Shown here: positions 24,440-38,499 of the stretch, one piece after another | Layout of the letters: each line of letters opens with the position of its first letter | Position numbering within the stretch: position 1 is the stretch's first letter | NCBI GenBank assembly: GCA_951406725.2 | Contig: OX597816.1 | Span: 115,134,001 to 115,198,000 of the forward strand | Direction of reading: 5' to 3' | Source of the DNA: Octopus vulgaris | Lineage: Eukaryota | DNA: 64,000 bases | Program-made: the position numbers and the translations under genes | The notes under the pieces: model-generated | The model's input: only the letters and a program-made list of their open reading frames with translations | The model's database searches: none | Told to the model about the DNA's origin: nothing

Positions 24440-25007
24440 CAGCTTGTTGTCCAGAAAGTTTGTGCCAATTTATAGCAGCCTACCTTTCGACTTATTTTAG
24501 AACATGGTTGAGTCCATAAAATAGGACTTGACTACACCTCCATTCAGAGCACAGTTTAAGCTATCTTTTTGTGGAAGAAGGTTTATGTCCCTATAACCTG
24601 TGTTAATTCTGTAACCCTTTAAAATAGAAGATAAGAAAGTTCATTTGCGGCACTTGATGCTTTGGGAACCAAACAAATTGCTGCAGCTTGGCTGTGATGT
24701 GTTACCTCACCCTCCATATTCATCAGATATTGCTCCTTCGGATTTCCACTTATTCAGGTTTCTGCAGAATAGTCTTAATGGTAAAAATTTCAATTCCTTG
24801 GATGACGTAAAAAGATACCTTGATGAATTCTTTGCCATGAAACCACCTCAATTCTGGGAAGAGGGTATTTTCAAGTTAAAGGAAAGATGGAGACGGATTG
24901 TGCAACAAAATGGTTCACATTTAGTTGATTAAAAATGTAATAGCAAGTATTTATTGACCTTTTTCTTTCCTTTAAAAATCAACACAAACTTTCCGGACAA
25001 CCCAATA
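24440..25007 (+). mobile_element. Internally deleted mariner element
   Basis: TIRs GTTGTCCAGAAAGTTTGTG / CACAAACTTTCCGGACAACCCAA-TA. Transposase N-terminus EDKKVHLRHLMLWE is fused directly to the C-terminus LPHPPYSSDIAPSDFHLF...GIFKLKERW. Confidence 0.9.
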
Positions 25008-26965
25008 TTTGTCAGATTTGGGGTTTTTAATCTATGAAGTGCCACTCTGTTGCAGATATAATCATTCTCAACTGAGTGGACGAGAGCAACATGAAGTGGA
25101 TTGCATTACTCAAGGATACAGAATGCTGTCTAGACCAAAAATTGAATTAATAATCTAGATTCAACAGCCAAGCCTCCAGGTTTTTGATTCCATTTATTTC
25201 AGTGGTATTGAACTCAAATTAATAATGGTTTTACTTCTTGCTACCAAATCACCTTCCAACCTGTTCATAACCTTACAAAAGAAAAGGACATATTGGATAA
25301 TGTGATACATGGTGCATTATTTTTCTGAGAGAGTAAGATATCATATGAAAGAAATTTGTCTGACATGTATAGCAGGTTGAGCAATGATAACAAAGCCAGC
25401 AATTTCATAAGAGAGATAAATCAATTATCTCAACTGGTATTTATCTTATCGACCCCAAAAGGATGAAAAGCAAAGTTGACCTCAACAAAATTTGAACTCA
25501 AAATGTAAGGAGGATGAAATACCACTTAGCATTTTACCTGGCATGTTAATGGTTCTGCTAGCTTGCCACCTGAGACTCTTTCTTATGATTTCTATGTAAA
25601 AAGAACCTACATAATTTAGTAATATTGAAACCAAGGCTAACATCTTTTATTTACAAAATATTTTAAAGACCAAAGGGTCTGTTTAAACTTGGACACTATA
25701 CTCTCTTCCCCTAATCTTCCTTGCTCATTTTGCCAAATTTATTGAGTATTAGCCATCCAGTTCCCTCTTAATCCAGCCATCTCTGGCCCAAATATTTTAC
25801 CTGTTTTATCTTGAAATCTGCTAGATCTGACCTCTCACACCTACCCAACAATATCATTTGACAAACAAACAATCACATCACCAAAATTAAGAGCTATAAT
25901 ATCATGCCTGATTAAAACAATATGAATTAATAAGCCTCACAAAGTAATCTGAAGGCTAGAGGGTTAAACAGTTTGCCCAAAATATTCTTCAGGTGAACAC
26001 TATTATTTAAGACAATCTTAGTGAAGTTATGAAGTTGATAGAACATCAGAGAGAATACATTGCAGAGAATGCATTGCAGAATTTGACGCAACCCTCTATA
26101 CTTTGATCACCTGCCAAGATCACCTATACCTTTCATCTATTTGAGATTGACAAAAAAGCACCTAGTCAGAGAAGTGGAGTGTAAGATTGGCAGAACTGTT
26201 AATATATCAGGTAAAATGTTTTACAATATTTGTTCATTTTCTCTGATGATTTCAAATCATGCCACAAGCTACTTAGGTGGTTTGACTCAACCATCTTGCA
26301 TCTTAGGTGCATTTAATGAAGCCTGTCTGTGGCAGAAATATGGGACAGGCATCCACTTTGAGGATCCTTTTTCTTTCCCCTTCCAACTAGTCTTCAAGGC
26401 CCTACAAAGAACCATTAGCACTGCGTTCCTTCCTGACTAAAAGGTAAAAAAACACAAAAGACAAACAGAAAAAAACTTTCATGGCCCATCTTCATTTGGT
26501 TTTAAACTGTAATTCATTTCTTATTTCTTATTTCTCATTTCTGTTACTTTGCCTCAATCACTTTAAAAAGAAATTGAACCACATACACTACACACCAGAC
26601 ACATTTAACAGTCCTCCTTCCTTAGAATTACTCTTCTACATAAGCACCTTCTTCGTCTATGTTTTCCTCATCACATTGACTAACCATCAGCTTATAACTT
26701 TTTCTGAGTCACATTAACAGCACCCATTTATTCTTATCAAAGGGATTGCAAGGAATCTGCAAGCACTGTGGACACAACCCCTTCTTCACATATTAACCAA
26801 TTAAAAAGAGAGAGATTAATTTGCACTCTACAAAACTTAGCTCGTTAAAGCCAATATAAAACTTATGAAATTCTTTCTAAAATTTATTAATTTTAATATC
26901 AATATCAGCAATATTACTACACACATACACACACATATTGGCATATATGTATATATGCATGTATA

Positions 26966-27004
<39 letters not shown>

Positions 27005-28075
27005 GATGGTTGCACACATACTCAAAGACTCACACACATGAATGTGTATTTCTATGTGTGGGGGTGGGGTGTTTCCTGAAACAGTATATTCACTTAATAT
27101 TATATTAGATTGCATAATAGTAATAATATTTAGAAAAAGTAATTAGATATATATATGCATGTAATATATATTATATATAATATATAAATATATAAATATA
27201 TGTTTACGTGTATACATATTATATATATGCGCACATATAAATACAGCAAACAAAAAAGTTTTAAAAATTGAATAAATAAATAAAGAAAGCAATAAATCTG
27301 CTAAAAATAGGTTCAAAATACTTGCTGATATTCATTGAGATAGTTCATACTGATATACATGTGTATATGTGTGTGTATGTATGTATGTATGTATGTATGT
27401 ATGTATGTATGTATATATATATATATACACATATATATATACATATATATAGTATGTATATATACATATAAATATAAATAAATAAATATATATATATGCA
27501 TACGTACCTATATATCTGTGTGTATATTTATGTATATATATGCATATATATGAACATCCTCCACACACACATACACACATCATTCTCACAAGGGTCTAAC
27601 TATTAATGTTTTGTTGGTAATAACTGAAGGAAAAAAAACAAAGCAAAAAACAATATAAATACAGTAATATGCTAAAAAAAACAGTAATAATAAACCAAAA
27701 AATCATAAAATAACAAATCAAATGTATTCACTGATATTGTAGTTAAAGTCTGAAACAACTGTAACAACAATAGCAACAAGAATAACATGTATGCTTTATA
27801 TAGTATTCCTTGTTGGAATAAAATGAACTTGAATGCAATTTTAATGATCTCACTAATTTAAATATCACTAAGGTTTAAAGAAAAGAAAAAAATTAATTTA
27901 GAAAAAAAAAAGATTAAAATAATGCTAAAAAAATAACAATAATGAATAAACATAAGAAAAGAGCAAATTATGATATTTAAACGTCTTAACCTCGAAAATG
28001 TAATTTGCATTCTTTTAGTTATTTTGCAGATATCTTTTACATTATGTTGGTGTATGTGTGTATGTGTATTTCCAC

Positions 28076-28121
<46 letters not shown>

Positions 28122-28164
28122 CATACATATATATATAGACATATAAATGTGCATATACACATAG

Positions 28165-28229
<65 letters not shown>

Positions 28230-29082
28230 TACTCACTCACATCTATATATATATATATAGATATATACACATACATCCATATATAAGTATATGTGTGTGT
28301 GTATGTGTGTTGTATAGTTGTAAAAGTTTCAATAAAGAACATTTTTAATATAAATTTTCTCAGAAAATATTATTTAATCTTTCATAACAATTTCAAAATA
28401 TAATCCTTTAATCTCTCGAAGCAATTTCAAGTGATTTTTGTAAAATTTTTCATGGCAATTTCAAACTGTTGTTATTTAATCTGACACAAAAATGAGAAAA
28501 TATTATTTAATCTCTTGTAATCATACCAAAAATATTACTGCTTAATCTGTCTTTATAATGTCAAAATAGTAACATTTGATCTTTGATGAAAATATGCACA
28601 CACATACACACACATATATACATAAAATAACACATCTTGAACTGCAAGCATGCAGGTGTAAGGAATTAGTATACACAAGCACATAAGAATGCTCATGCAT
28701 GCATGTGTGTATTCATACAGATCAATACACACATACACACACACACAAATGTAAGTAGAATTAGACAACTACGAATTCAGGCAGTAAAGAAAATATGAAA
28801 AATAAAAAGAGCAAAATAAAAAACGGGAAGATATACTCCAAAATAGACAAGCTAACACATTGGAAAATATCTTTGTGTGCATATATATGTGCATGTATGA
28901 GTATGTGTGTGTGCGCGTGTGTGTGTAAGGGTATAAATATATATGCATGCGTATGTATGTATAAATATATGCGTGTGTGTGTAAATATATGTAATATGTA
29001 CATACGCATATATGTATATTTATGTGTATGTGTTAATGTAGTTATGCATATGCAATTATGCAAATTTGTATGTGTGTGCATG

Positions 29083-29123
<41 letters not shown>

Positions 29124-29736
29124 GGGATGGGGGATGGGGGTAGGGAGTGTGTGTGTATGTATATATTTATGTATTTGCATTTAGAAAAGTACACAACATT
29201 ATAAAATATAAGTGAAAATAAGAAATAAAACCAGTTAAAAAAAAGTATCTCAAATGGAACAACAAAAATGACAACAAAGAGAATTTACTAAAAAAAGCAA
29301 ACAAATAAAACATCCCCTCCCCTAAAAAAACAACAACAAACGTCTTAACAGTATAACTCAAGACATATACCTAATCTTTTTGAACAGCCTTGTAATATTA
29401 CTTGCCTTCATTCTACAGTCACACAATTATGCAATTGTAGTGTTTCTGAAATACAAATCAGCTTTGATATGGATAAGTTATTGGGTTTTTTTCTTTATTT
29501 TTCTTTCCTTTATATTTGGTAGGTTCAGAAATAAGGACAAGATCTACATTATCACAGGAACAGGCGTGAGTGTGTGCTAAGAAGTTTGCTTCTGAACCAA
29601 ATAGTTTTGGGTTCAATCCTGCAGTTGGACATTTTGGACAAGTGTCCTTTACTATACCCCACACCCATGCTGAGCAAAGCCTTATGAGTAGATTTTGTCT
29701 TTTATCTTGTACTTGTTTTAGTCATATGTGACTGCG

Positions 29737-29937
29737 TGTGTATCATTGGCAATTTTTTTTTCCTCCGTCTTTCCTTCCTTGGACCTTTCCTTTTTCTATG
29801 TTTCTGACGAAGAGCTCCGCTCAAAATGGTAGATCCTCCTTCTTTCTTTCCTTTCCTGAGCGTCCAATAACACTATACTTGTTCCATGTCCTCGAGTTGC
29901 TGTGTTTTCTCTTTATGTTTTCATGTTTGGATTAACT
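29737..29937 (+). mobile_element. pLTR-like unit with a degenerate hammerhead motif
   Basis: CTGACGA-A-GAGC-tcc-GCTC-AAAAT (GAAA mutated). Same layout as the 31255-31693 units; followed by (TA)n. Confidence 0.5.
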
Positions 29938-30117
29938 ATATATATATATATATATATATATTTTGTGAAATAGAAAGATGAATAATCTTGTTGCAGATTA
30001 ATCAAAAGTTTAACCGATACCTTGGTAGCAAAAATCACAGCAGAAGACAGCACGGTTGGAGGTACAACCATATGGTGTTGCAACCATGCGTTGGTGCGGA
30101 TAATTGAATTTTAATAT

Positions 30118-30382
30118 TATTAGTGAATTGAAGAAATGGAGTTGAACGAAGATTGAACAGAAATCGTTTTATTGCATTCTACACGTGTTTCGAAAGCCAC
30201 AATTTACCAAATTCCGATTGAATAAGGAGACCATATTGTGTCCTATTTCTTCCTGGAGAGAAAGACACAATATGGTCTCCTTATTCAATCGGAATTTGGT
30301 AAATTGTGGCTTTCGAAACACGTGTAGAATGCAATAAAACGATTTCTGTTCAATCTTCGTTCAACTCCATTTCTTCAATTCA

Positions 30383-30388
<6 letters not shown>
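30118..30388. repeat. Perfect 125-bp-arm inverted repeat within a (TA)n-flanked element (29962-30388)
   Basis: 30118-30242 is the reverse complement of 30264-30388; 21-nt spacer. Confidence 0.95.
30250..30329 (+). ncRNA. Type I hammerhead-like fold with a core variant (CTGGAGA)
   Basis: TTC-CTGGAGA(30253-59)-GAAAGACACAAT...ATTGTGGCTTTC-GAAAC(30315-19)-ACGT-GTA-GAA. Stem II has 11/12 pairs and stem III is the palindrome ACACGTGT. The A6 position is G. Confidence 0.55.
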
Positions 30389-30427
<39 letters not shown>

Positions 30428-31249
30428 GATGGGCTTCTTTCAGTTGCTGTCTACTAAATCCACTCACAAAGTTTTGGTCAGTCTGAGGCTATAGTAGAAA
30501 ACACTTGCTCAAGGTGCCGGGACTGAACCCAGAACCATGTAGTTGGTAAGCAAGCTACTTACCACACAGTCACTCTTATATATATATGTGTGTGTGTGTA
30601 CGTTTATGCACCTGTTTTGCAAGATTCCTGGTGTGAAATCATGTGTTGAAAAAGATATTGTTATATTTCAGGATAGTCATTTTTTCTTTGTTTTTTCCCC
30701 AAATAAACACATGTATGTTTATCTGACAAAGTAAAAGAAATAACCATCCCAAAATATAGCAATATACACGTACACACAAATGCATACACGCATATATATT
30801 CATACACGCATACATGTTATGATATTATGTAGTTGTGTGGTTAAAGTGTTTGCTCCCCATGCATGGAACTTTGTGCAAGTATTTTCTACTACAGTCATAA
30901 GGTGAGCACAACCTTGAGAGTAGATTGGTTGAAGGAAATTGAAAGAAGCCCATATATATATATATGTATATATATATATACTAGCAGTGCACCCCAGTGG
31001 TACCCAGGGGTTATGACCTACAGCCACATTGTAGGTTCCCACAGAACCCTAGGCTTCCACAAAAGTTTCCTAGGTGTTCTACGAGAAAGAGTGAGATGAT
31101 CTAATGCTAATTTCATGATTGTAATATTACCATACATGCACAACATATTATTGCTTATTGTAATATTATAATATAGACATCATCCAATCTAACCTATCAT
31201 ATTATCAAAAACTATAACAACCATATATATATATATGTATATATATAAT

Positions 31250-31797
<548 letters not shown>

Positions 31798-32585
31798 ATG
31801 TGAACTATGAGGAAAAAATATGAGAAATATATGGTATATAATCTTTGTTTTGTGCAGGGGTTCCTTGAGACATATAATTTATTTTAAGGTTCATGCAGGG
31901 GTAAAAAGGTTGAGAAACACTGAATTACAGTGTAAGGTATCCTAGGTGTTGCGCAATAGGATTGAACTGAAAACCACCTAGCTGCAAAGTGAACCAGCTG
32001 AGATTTTAGTTTCCACTTAATCTCTTCAATAAAACTTCTGGAAGAGTTACTTGATGTCTAGAATGTCCATTTAAATAACCATGTATTTCTACTGCTACAT
32101 ATAGATATATATCAAGAAATAGATTAAATCTAATCCTCTGGAATAAAAGATAATATTGGGTGAAGGATTACTTTCTCTTTTGACAAGGCCTTTTATACAA
32201 CAAAAACGTATTTGTTCTGTTTGTAATATTTGCTGGTATTTTATTTCATGTTTTTTTTTTGGGGGGGGGGTGCACTATCCTAGTGTTTTGTTTTTAATTG
32301 TTTCTGTATTGTTTGAAATATAGAAAAACAGCAATAACAACAACAACAGCAACCATAACAACTACAACAACAACAATGAATATACTACTACTGCTGTGAC
32401 CACCACCACTGCTACTACTACTACTACTACTACTAATTGACTGACTGATTTCTAACATATCCACAAACCACAAATTTAGAGGGAATGGTTAATTGTGTCA
32501 ATATAGTACTCAGTTGGTACTTGATCCAAGAAGAATGTTAGGAAAAGTTAGCAATGTTAGTTTGATGGTAATAATAATAATAATA

Positions 32586-32616
<31 letters not shown>

Positions 32617-33569
32617 GTATATTTTCTTCCTACTCTAGGTAGGAATGCCTCCAACATTGGGGAAAGAAGCTAGTCAATTATATCAACCCCAGTGCTTAAC
32701 TGGTACTTATTTATTTTATCAACCCTTAAAGGAAGACATGCAAAGTCAACCTTGATGGAGTTTGAACCCAGAACATAAAGATGGATGAAATGCTGTTAAG
32801 CATTTTTCCCAGTGTGCTAATGTTCCTGTCAGTTTGCCATCTAATTTGTGCTATGCAATTTTAAAAGGAAAACTGAAGTTGTATTGTGTTAATGCAAAAT
32901 TTGAAAGAGGAATAGAAACAGAATAGCATCATAGACAGTCGGAGGTGTTTGTCATTTGAATGCTGATGAAACTTTCTGATAAATGACAAAGTAGGGGGTG
33001 AAATATGGGTGTATGGTTAGAATATAATGATAAATAAAAATTAAAAGGCAGTCACTGACATAGGTTCCATCTACATCTCTGCAACTAAAAGATGTACATC
33101 AGAATCATTCCAGTAAGAATATGATATTGATACCTTTCTTTGATTGGAAGGCTGTCATTCCTCAAGAGTTTGTTCCATGTAGTCTCACACACATACACTT
33201 TTGCTTGTTTCAGTCATATGACTGCAGCCATGCTGGGGCACCACCTTAAAGGGATTTAGTTGAAGAAATAGACCCCAGCACTTATATTCTGTAAGCCTAG
33301 TACTTATTCTATTGATTGATTTTGCCAAAGATATTTTGTGTTCTTGTCCCATTTTGTATTTTATATATATATATATATATATAAATATGCATACACACAT
33401 ACAGATGGGTAAAATTTTGGCCAGATCACACAGCAAGACACATATACACATACATACAGGTCAAATCAGATAAGCAATATTCAGTTACAATTTCAGTTTG
33501 ATATCTGTGAAATATTTGAGTCACTTGGTATGTATATTTACAAAGTATCTCCACCTTTAGACCTATATA

Positions 33570-34907
33570 CACAGACATGAGAGAAATGAATAGATACCCT
33601 TATAATCCTTAAGATTTATCAAAATCTGAAATTATACATTCAAGCTATTTATTAAGTGTTATAATGTGAATATTTAATATTCAGTAGACATGCCCTTTGC
33701 ATTTTCCAATGCAAGGACCCTATTAGGCATGTTACTGATCAGATGATATATATTCTCTTGTGAAATTTCTTGTTAAGTTTCATGATGTAATCTCAAAAGA
33801 TCTGGCTTTGAAGATGTTTTCATGTTCTTTTTATGAAGTGTCCTGTCCATTATGTCCCAGTGGTGTTCAATAGGGTTCATATCTGGTGACTGGTCTGGCC
33901 GTGGAAGCTTTCTACTGCTATTCTTATCCAACAAATCTTGGGTCATTTTAGCTGTGTGACAAGGAGGCCCATTTTCCATAAACAAAGATGCTTCTTTAAT
34001 GATTTCATTACTGGAGAAGACTGACGGTGTCCTTTAATGACATTTTATTTGTTTTTTGAAATTCCATTAATTCCTACTTTGTTATTAATTTTAAGTTGGG
34101 GTTATCAGCCTGAACTGTTACAAGCTGGTATATATTTATCTGAGACTATGTTTCCCTCACACTCCACCAACTCTGATCAACCATTGCTCCAAATTGCTCC
34201 TCAGACAATCACAGAATAGCTGTTGTGTTTCATTGTTGGTTGAAATCTTTTCATATCAAATTCTTGATCACAGAGATTCCAGACCCACACTCAACCACCG
34301 TCAGGAAATACATCAAATCTGAACTCATCAGAGAATATGACAGTGTCCCAAAATGCTACTGGCCTCTCTACCATCTCACTGGCCCAATCTTTTCTCCACT
34401 TGATGTTGGCTGGTCGAAGAAATAACTTCCTCCTCACTGCTCTGCCATAGTAACCAAGTTTGTGGACATACCTGACAGCTGTTGTGGAACTGAGATCAAC
34501 TTGTTCTGCTTTGTTAGAGGTCTTGCAATGAGGATTATCCTCCACACTTCTCTTAGCAAAAAGAAGGGTCCTGTCAGAGGGCCCTGGTTGATCTGGGGGA
34601 GGCAATCTGGGGAATTGCACAATCACTCTATTAACTGTAGAAAGTGGGATCCCAAAGTTTTCTGCGATTTTACACTGACTATGTCAGTGTAAAATGACCC
34701 ACAGTATGACTTCAGAATGATCCATAATAGAGCATCTTTGAAATTCAGACTGCTCCAAGGCATTTTTTGTACATGACATGATAAAACAGTGACATACAGA
34801 ATCTGACGCATAAAAATGTCAATTAATAAAAAATATAAACCTTTACAAGTAAGAATAAACATAAACGATATTTTATGGGGTGTCTATTTACTTCTGTCTC
34901 GTCTGTG
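33570..34907 (-). mobile_element. Full-length decayed Tc1-like transposon
   Basis: TA-flanked ~38-bp TIRs (CACAGACATGAGAGAAATGAATAGATACCC / GGGGTGTCTATTTACTTCTGTCTCGTCTGTG). Frameshifted transposase motifs WDTVIFSDEFRF, FMENGPPCH and SPDMNPIEHHW. Confidence 0.9.
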
Positions 34908-35490
34908 TAGATTTTTGAGTGTGTTTAAGTCAGTAGAAGTCTCTTAATATGTTTTTCTTTTATGTGTATTCATGTGTGAATATTTGATATTGTGCATGAA
35001 CATATCTGTGCGTGCATGTATGTGTGTGTATGTATGTATATGTGTGTGTGTGTGTGCACACGCATATTCTGTGATTGTTGGTTACACTAAAATGATAATA
35101 GTGTCCAATTTCCTTGTATTTCTGACAGTGGCTATCATGCTCCTTCATTTCAATGAAATTAAATACGTGCATCTGGAAAAATAAATAACTCAATAAAATA
35201 CACAACCAAATATGAGAATTTAACCTATAAAACATATATATATTTATATACATAGCATATTACATAAGTATAAAAACTGAGAATATATACATAGCAACTA
35301 TAACATAAAATAAATATGAAAATATAAAATAAACATAATATAGCTCATACATAAAATATAAACATAAATATAAATTATGCAATATGCTACATAAATATAT
35401 ACAATATAGAATATATATATATATAAAAATATATACAGTAAACATATGTAAAACTGTATGTAAAAATTGTAAAAAAGATATATATATATC

Positions 35491-35692
35491 TGGCACCTGT
35501 GCGGGTGGCACGTAAAAAGCACCCACTACACTCACAGAGTGGTTGGCATTAGGAAGGGCATCCAGCCGTAGAAAAACTGCCAGATGAGACTGGGCCTGAT
35601 GCAGCCTTCTGACTTCCCAGACCCAAGTTGAACCGTCCAACCCATGCTAGCATGGAAAGCGGACGCTAAGTGAAAATGATGAATGATGATGA
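35491..35692 (+). mobile_element. Short copy of the RTE LINE 3' end
   Basis: High similarity to 41277-41480. Confidence 0.9.
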
Positions 35693-36161
35693 TATATATA
35701 TATATGTATATCAAAATATAAGATGGAATGTGATGTAAAACAATAAAAAATTGCATTCCCCACCTCTCTTATGCCAAATGAACTGTCATATAATTTCAGT
35801 CATTGAACCAGATAGTCATAAATTGATAATGATACTGTAGCTCTTGGTCATGTAACATGTGTACATAACTGATAGAATTGCCAAATTCTGTTTATGATAT
35901 ATTATTGTATTACTTTCTTGTGCTACAAATATACATATACCACATCAACCAAAACATTTTAAACATTAACCCATTTATATATATACACACACACACACAC
36001 TCATGTATGTATGTATTCTTACATAAATACATATGTATAAATAATATAAATATCATTACAATACAATAATATTATTTTACATATAATACAATAATATTAT
36101 TTTACATATAATACATTACAATACAATAATATTATTTTCCAGTGAAAAAATATATATATGC

Positions 36162-36199
<38 letters not shown>

Positions 36200-36278
36200 G
36201 CATATATATATATGTATATATACACATATATGTATATGTATATATATATATATATGTTTGTGTGTATAGATATCTATA

Positions 36279-36321
<43 letters not shown>

Positions 36322-36854
36322 ATGTGAGTGTGATTGTGTGTATGTATGCACATATATAAAAGAAGACAAGTAGAAAGGTAGATAATTGAACAGAAATATA
36401 AAACTACATATACACACAATATTATCCTCTCTTATAATTGTTCTCTTTAAGGGGATAACTTTGAATGAGATGAATTAAAAATACTATTGATGGTGTGCAT
36501 GTAGCTATTCACCATTTGATCTGTGTATAGTGGCTTTGCTGCAGGTAGAGGCAATACATTATAATGCTTATAAAGTTATAATGTTCTAAAACTCATACAA
36601 AGAGAAAAATAAAGGGATATACATGTGTATGTGTGTGTGTGTGTAAAGAGAGAAAAAGAGAAGGAAAGAGAGGGAGAGGGATTGGTAGATAGATAATGAA
36701 TGAAAGAGAGAATGGGAAAGAAAGAGTACACAATTGAATCAGGAAAGGCAAATGATGTTATAATATTGTTATAGTTGGGGATGGTCATCTTCTGCCTATT
36801 AATCACATGTACAATTTATTTGATCTTTAGCTTTGTTATTAATATTATTATTCT

Positions 36855-37061
36855 AAGGTGACAAGCTGGCAGAAACATTAGCATACCAGGTGAAATGCTT
36901 AGCAGTATTTTGTCTGTTCTTACGTTCAAATTCTACTGAGGTTGACTTTGCATTTCATTTTTTCAGGGTCGATGAATTAGGCACCAGTGGTGTACTGGGG
37001 TCAATCTAATTGACTGGCTTCCGCCCCCAAAATTTCGGACTTGTGCCTAGAGTAGAAAAGG
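36855..37061 (+). mobile_element. tRNA-derived SINE, family B
   Basis: Full-length copy flanked by a duplication of GTTA..AATATTATTATTCTA. Confidence 0.85.
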
Positions 37062-37360
37062 TTAATATTATTATTCTATTTGTCAGAGTTCTATCATCAC
37101 TCAGTTCTTCTGTGACTTTCTATTGCGCATGTCTCTTGTTTTACATGGAAATATGTGTGAGATATTTAGATCGGTAGACTTGATCAAAAGGCTTTTCAGA
37201 TATACTTTTTATCTGAGATTTATGTGAAAATAGTAATTTCAATGTATTTTAAAGAGGTGATACTGTACAAAATGGGTGTTGATAAAGATGCAACTATCAA
37301 TGTTCGAAGAGAAACTTTCAAGTTATAGCTACTTTTGTAGAGAGTCAATAAACATGTCTA

Positions 37361-37403
<43 letters not shown>

Positions 37404-37406
<3 letters not shown>

Positions 37407-37770
37407 AGCAAAACGCCCCCCGTTCAATGGACGGTGCTGAGTTGTCAAACATTTAAACCAAATTTTCTCAAAACAACTTGTCCAACCGTCCCATAGGCCT
37501 CCCGTTTGAGAAACACTGATTTAACCTAAATTTGAGACACCAGCAAAAGAAGAAATAAAGATAGACTTTTTTCTGTTCCAAAGAAAAACGATTTTATTCA
37601 CTTTATCGATCACATTCTCACCTGGAATCAAGTTTTGTAATTTTTCCAAGACTTATACACGCCCTGATACTGTTGGTATCTACATCTCAAATCTGAGCGC
37701 AATCAGATGGAGGATGCCTGAGATCCTAGAAGACACGCACACAGACAGACAGAACAGATTTTATATAATA
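37404..37770 (+). mobile_element. HINE/Helitron-like non-autonomous element
   Basis: Starts ACAAGCAAAACGCCCCCCGT and ends with (CAGA)n then GATTTTATATAATA; lies between (TA)n tracts. Confidence 0.4.
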
Positions 37771-37857
37771 TATATATGTATATATATAAATTTAGGGTTA
37801 ATACTTGATAAGTGTAAGCACCTGTATATGCCAGCTAGTAGCAGAGGCGAGAGAGTA

Positions 37858-38302
37858 TATGTATCAAATGAAATCAAAAACAGAACACAAAGGTTGTCGC
37901 GTTACACATGTTTCAAGCTTTATAAACGACCTATTCTTAAATCATTGTATAATGGACATAAAGGATGGTTTAGAGCTCTCTTCAGCCACATTCAATTGTT
38001 ATACCAAAGATTTACATCACATTAGGAAATATCCGAAAGGTACATTTGGTATTACCTATAATGATAGGTATATCGAGGGAGACTTTATATACCTATCATT
38101 ATGGGTAATACCAAATGTACCTTTCGGATTTTTCATAATGTGATGTAAATCTTTGGTATAACAATTCCATGCGGCTGAAGAGAGCTTTAGACTATCCTTT
38201 ATGTCGATTATACAATGATGTAAGAATAGGTCATTTATAAAGCTTGAAACACGTGTACTGCGACGTCCTTTGTGTTCTGTTTTTGATTTCATTTGATACA
38301 TA
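37858..38302. repeat. Imperfect 216-bp-arm inverted repeat of a hammerhead-bearing unit
   Basis: 37858-38073 pairs with 38087-38302 with scattered mismatches; 13-nt spacer. Confidence 0.95.
38171..38261 (+). ncRNA. Type I hammerhead ribozyme (mirror copy on the - strand at ~37898-37989)
   Basis: GCGG-CTGAAGA(38175-81)-GAGCTTTA...TAAAGCTT-GAAAC(38246-50)-ACGT-GTA-CTGC. Stem I GCGG/CTGC, extended stem II, palindromic stem III. Confidence 0.7.
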
Positions 38303-38312
38303 CATATATATA

Positions 38313-38344
<32 letters not shown>

Positions 38345-38399
<55 letters not shown>

Positions 38400-38427
38400 G
38401 TAGGTAGGTGGGTGGGTAGGTAGGTAG

Positions 38428-38498
<71 letters not shown>
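38345..38498. repeat. (TAGA)n/(TAGG)n tetranucleotide microsatellite
   Basis: Directly visible. Confidence 0.95.
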
Positions 38499-38499
<1 letters not shown>

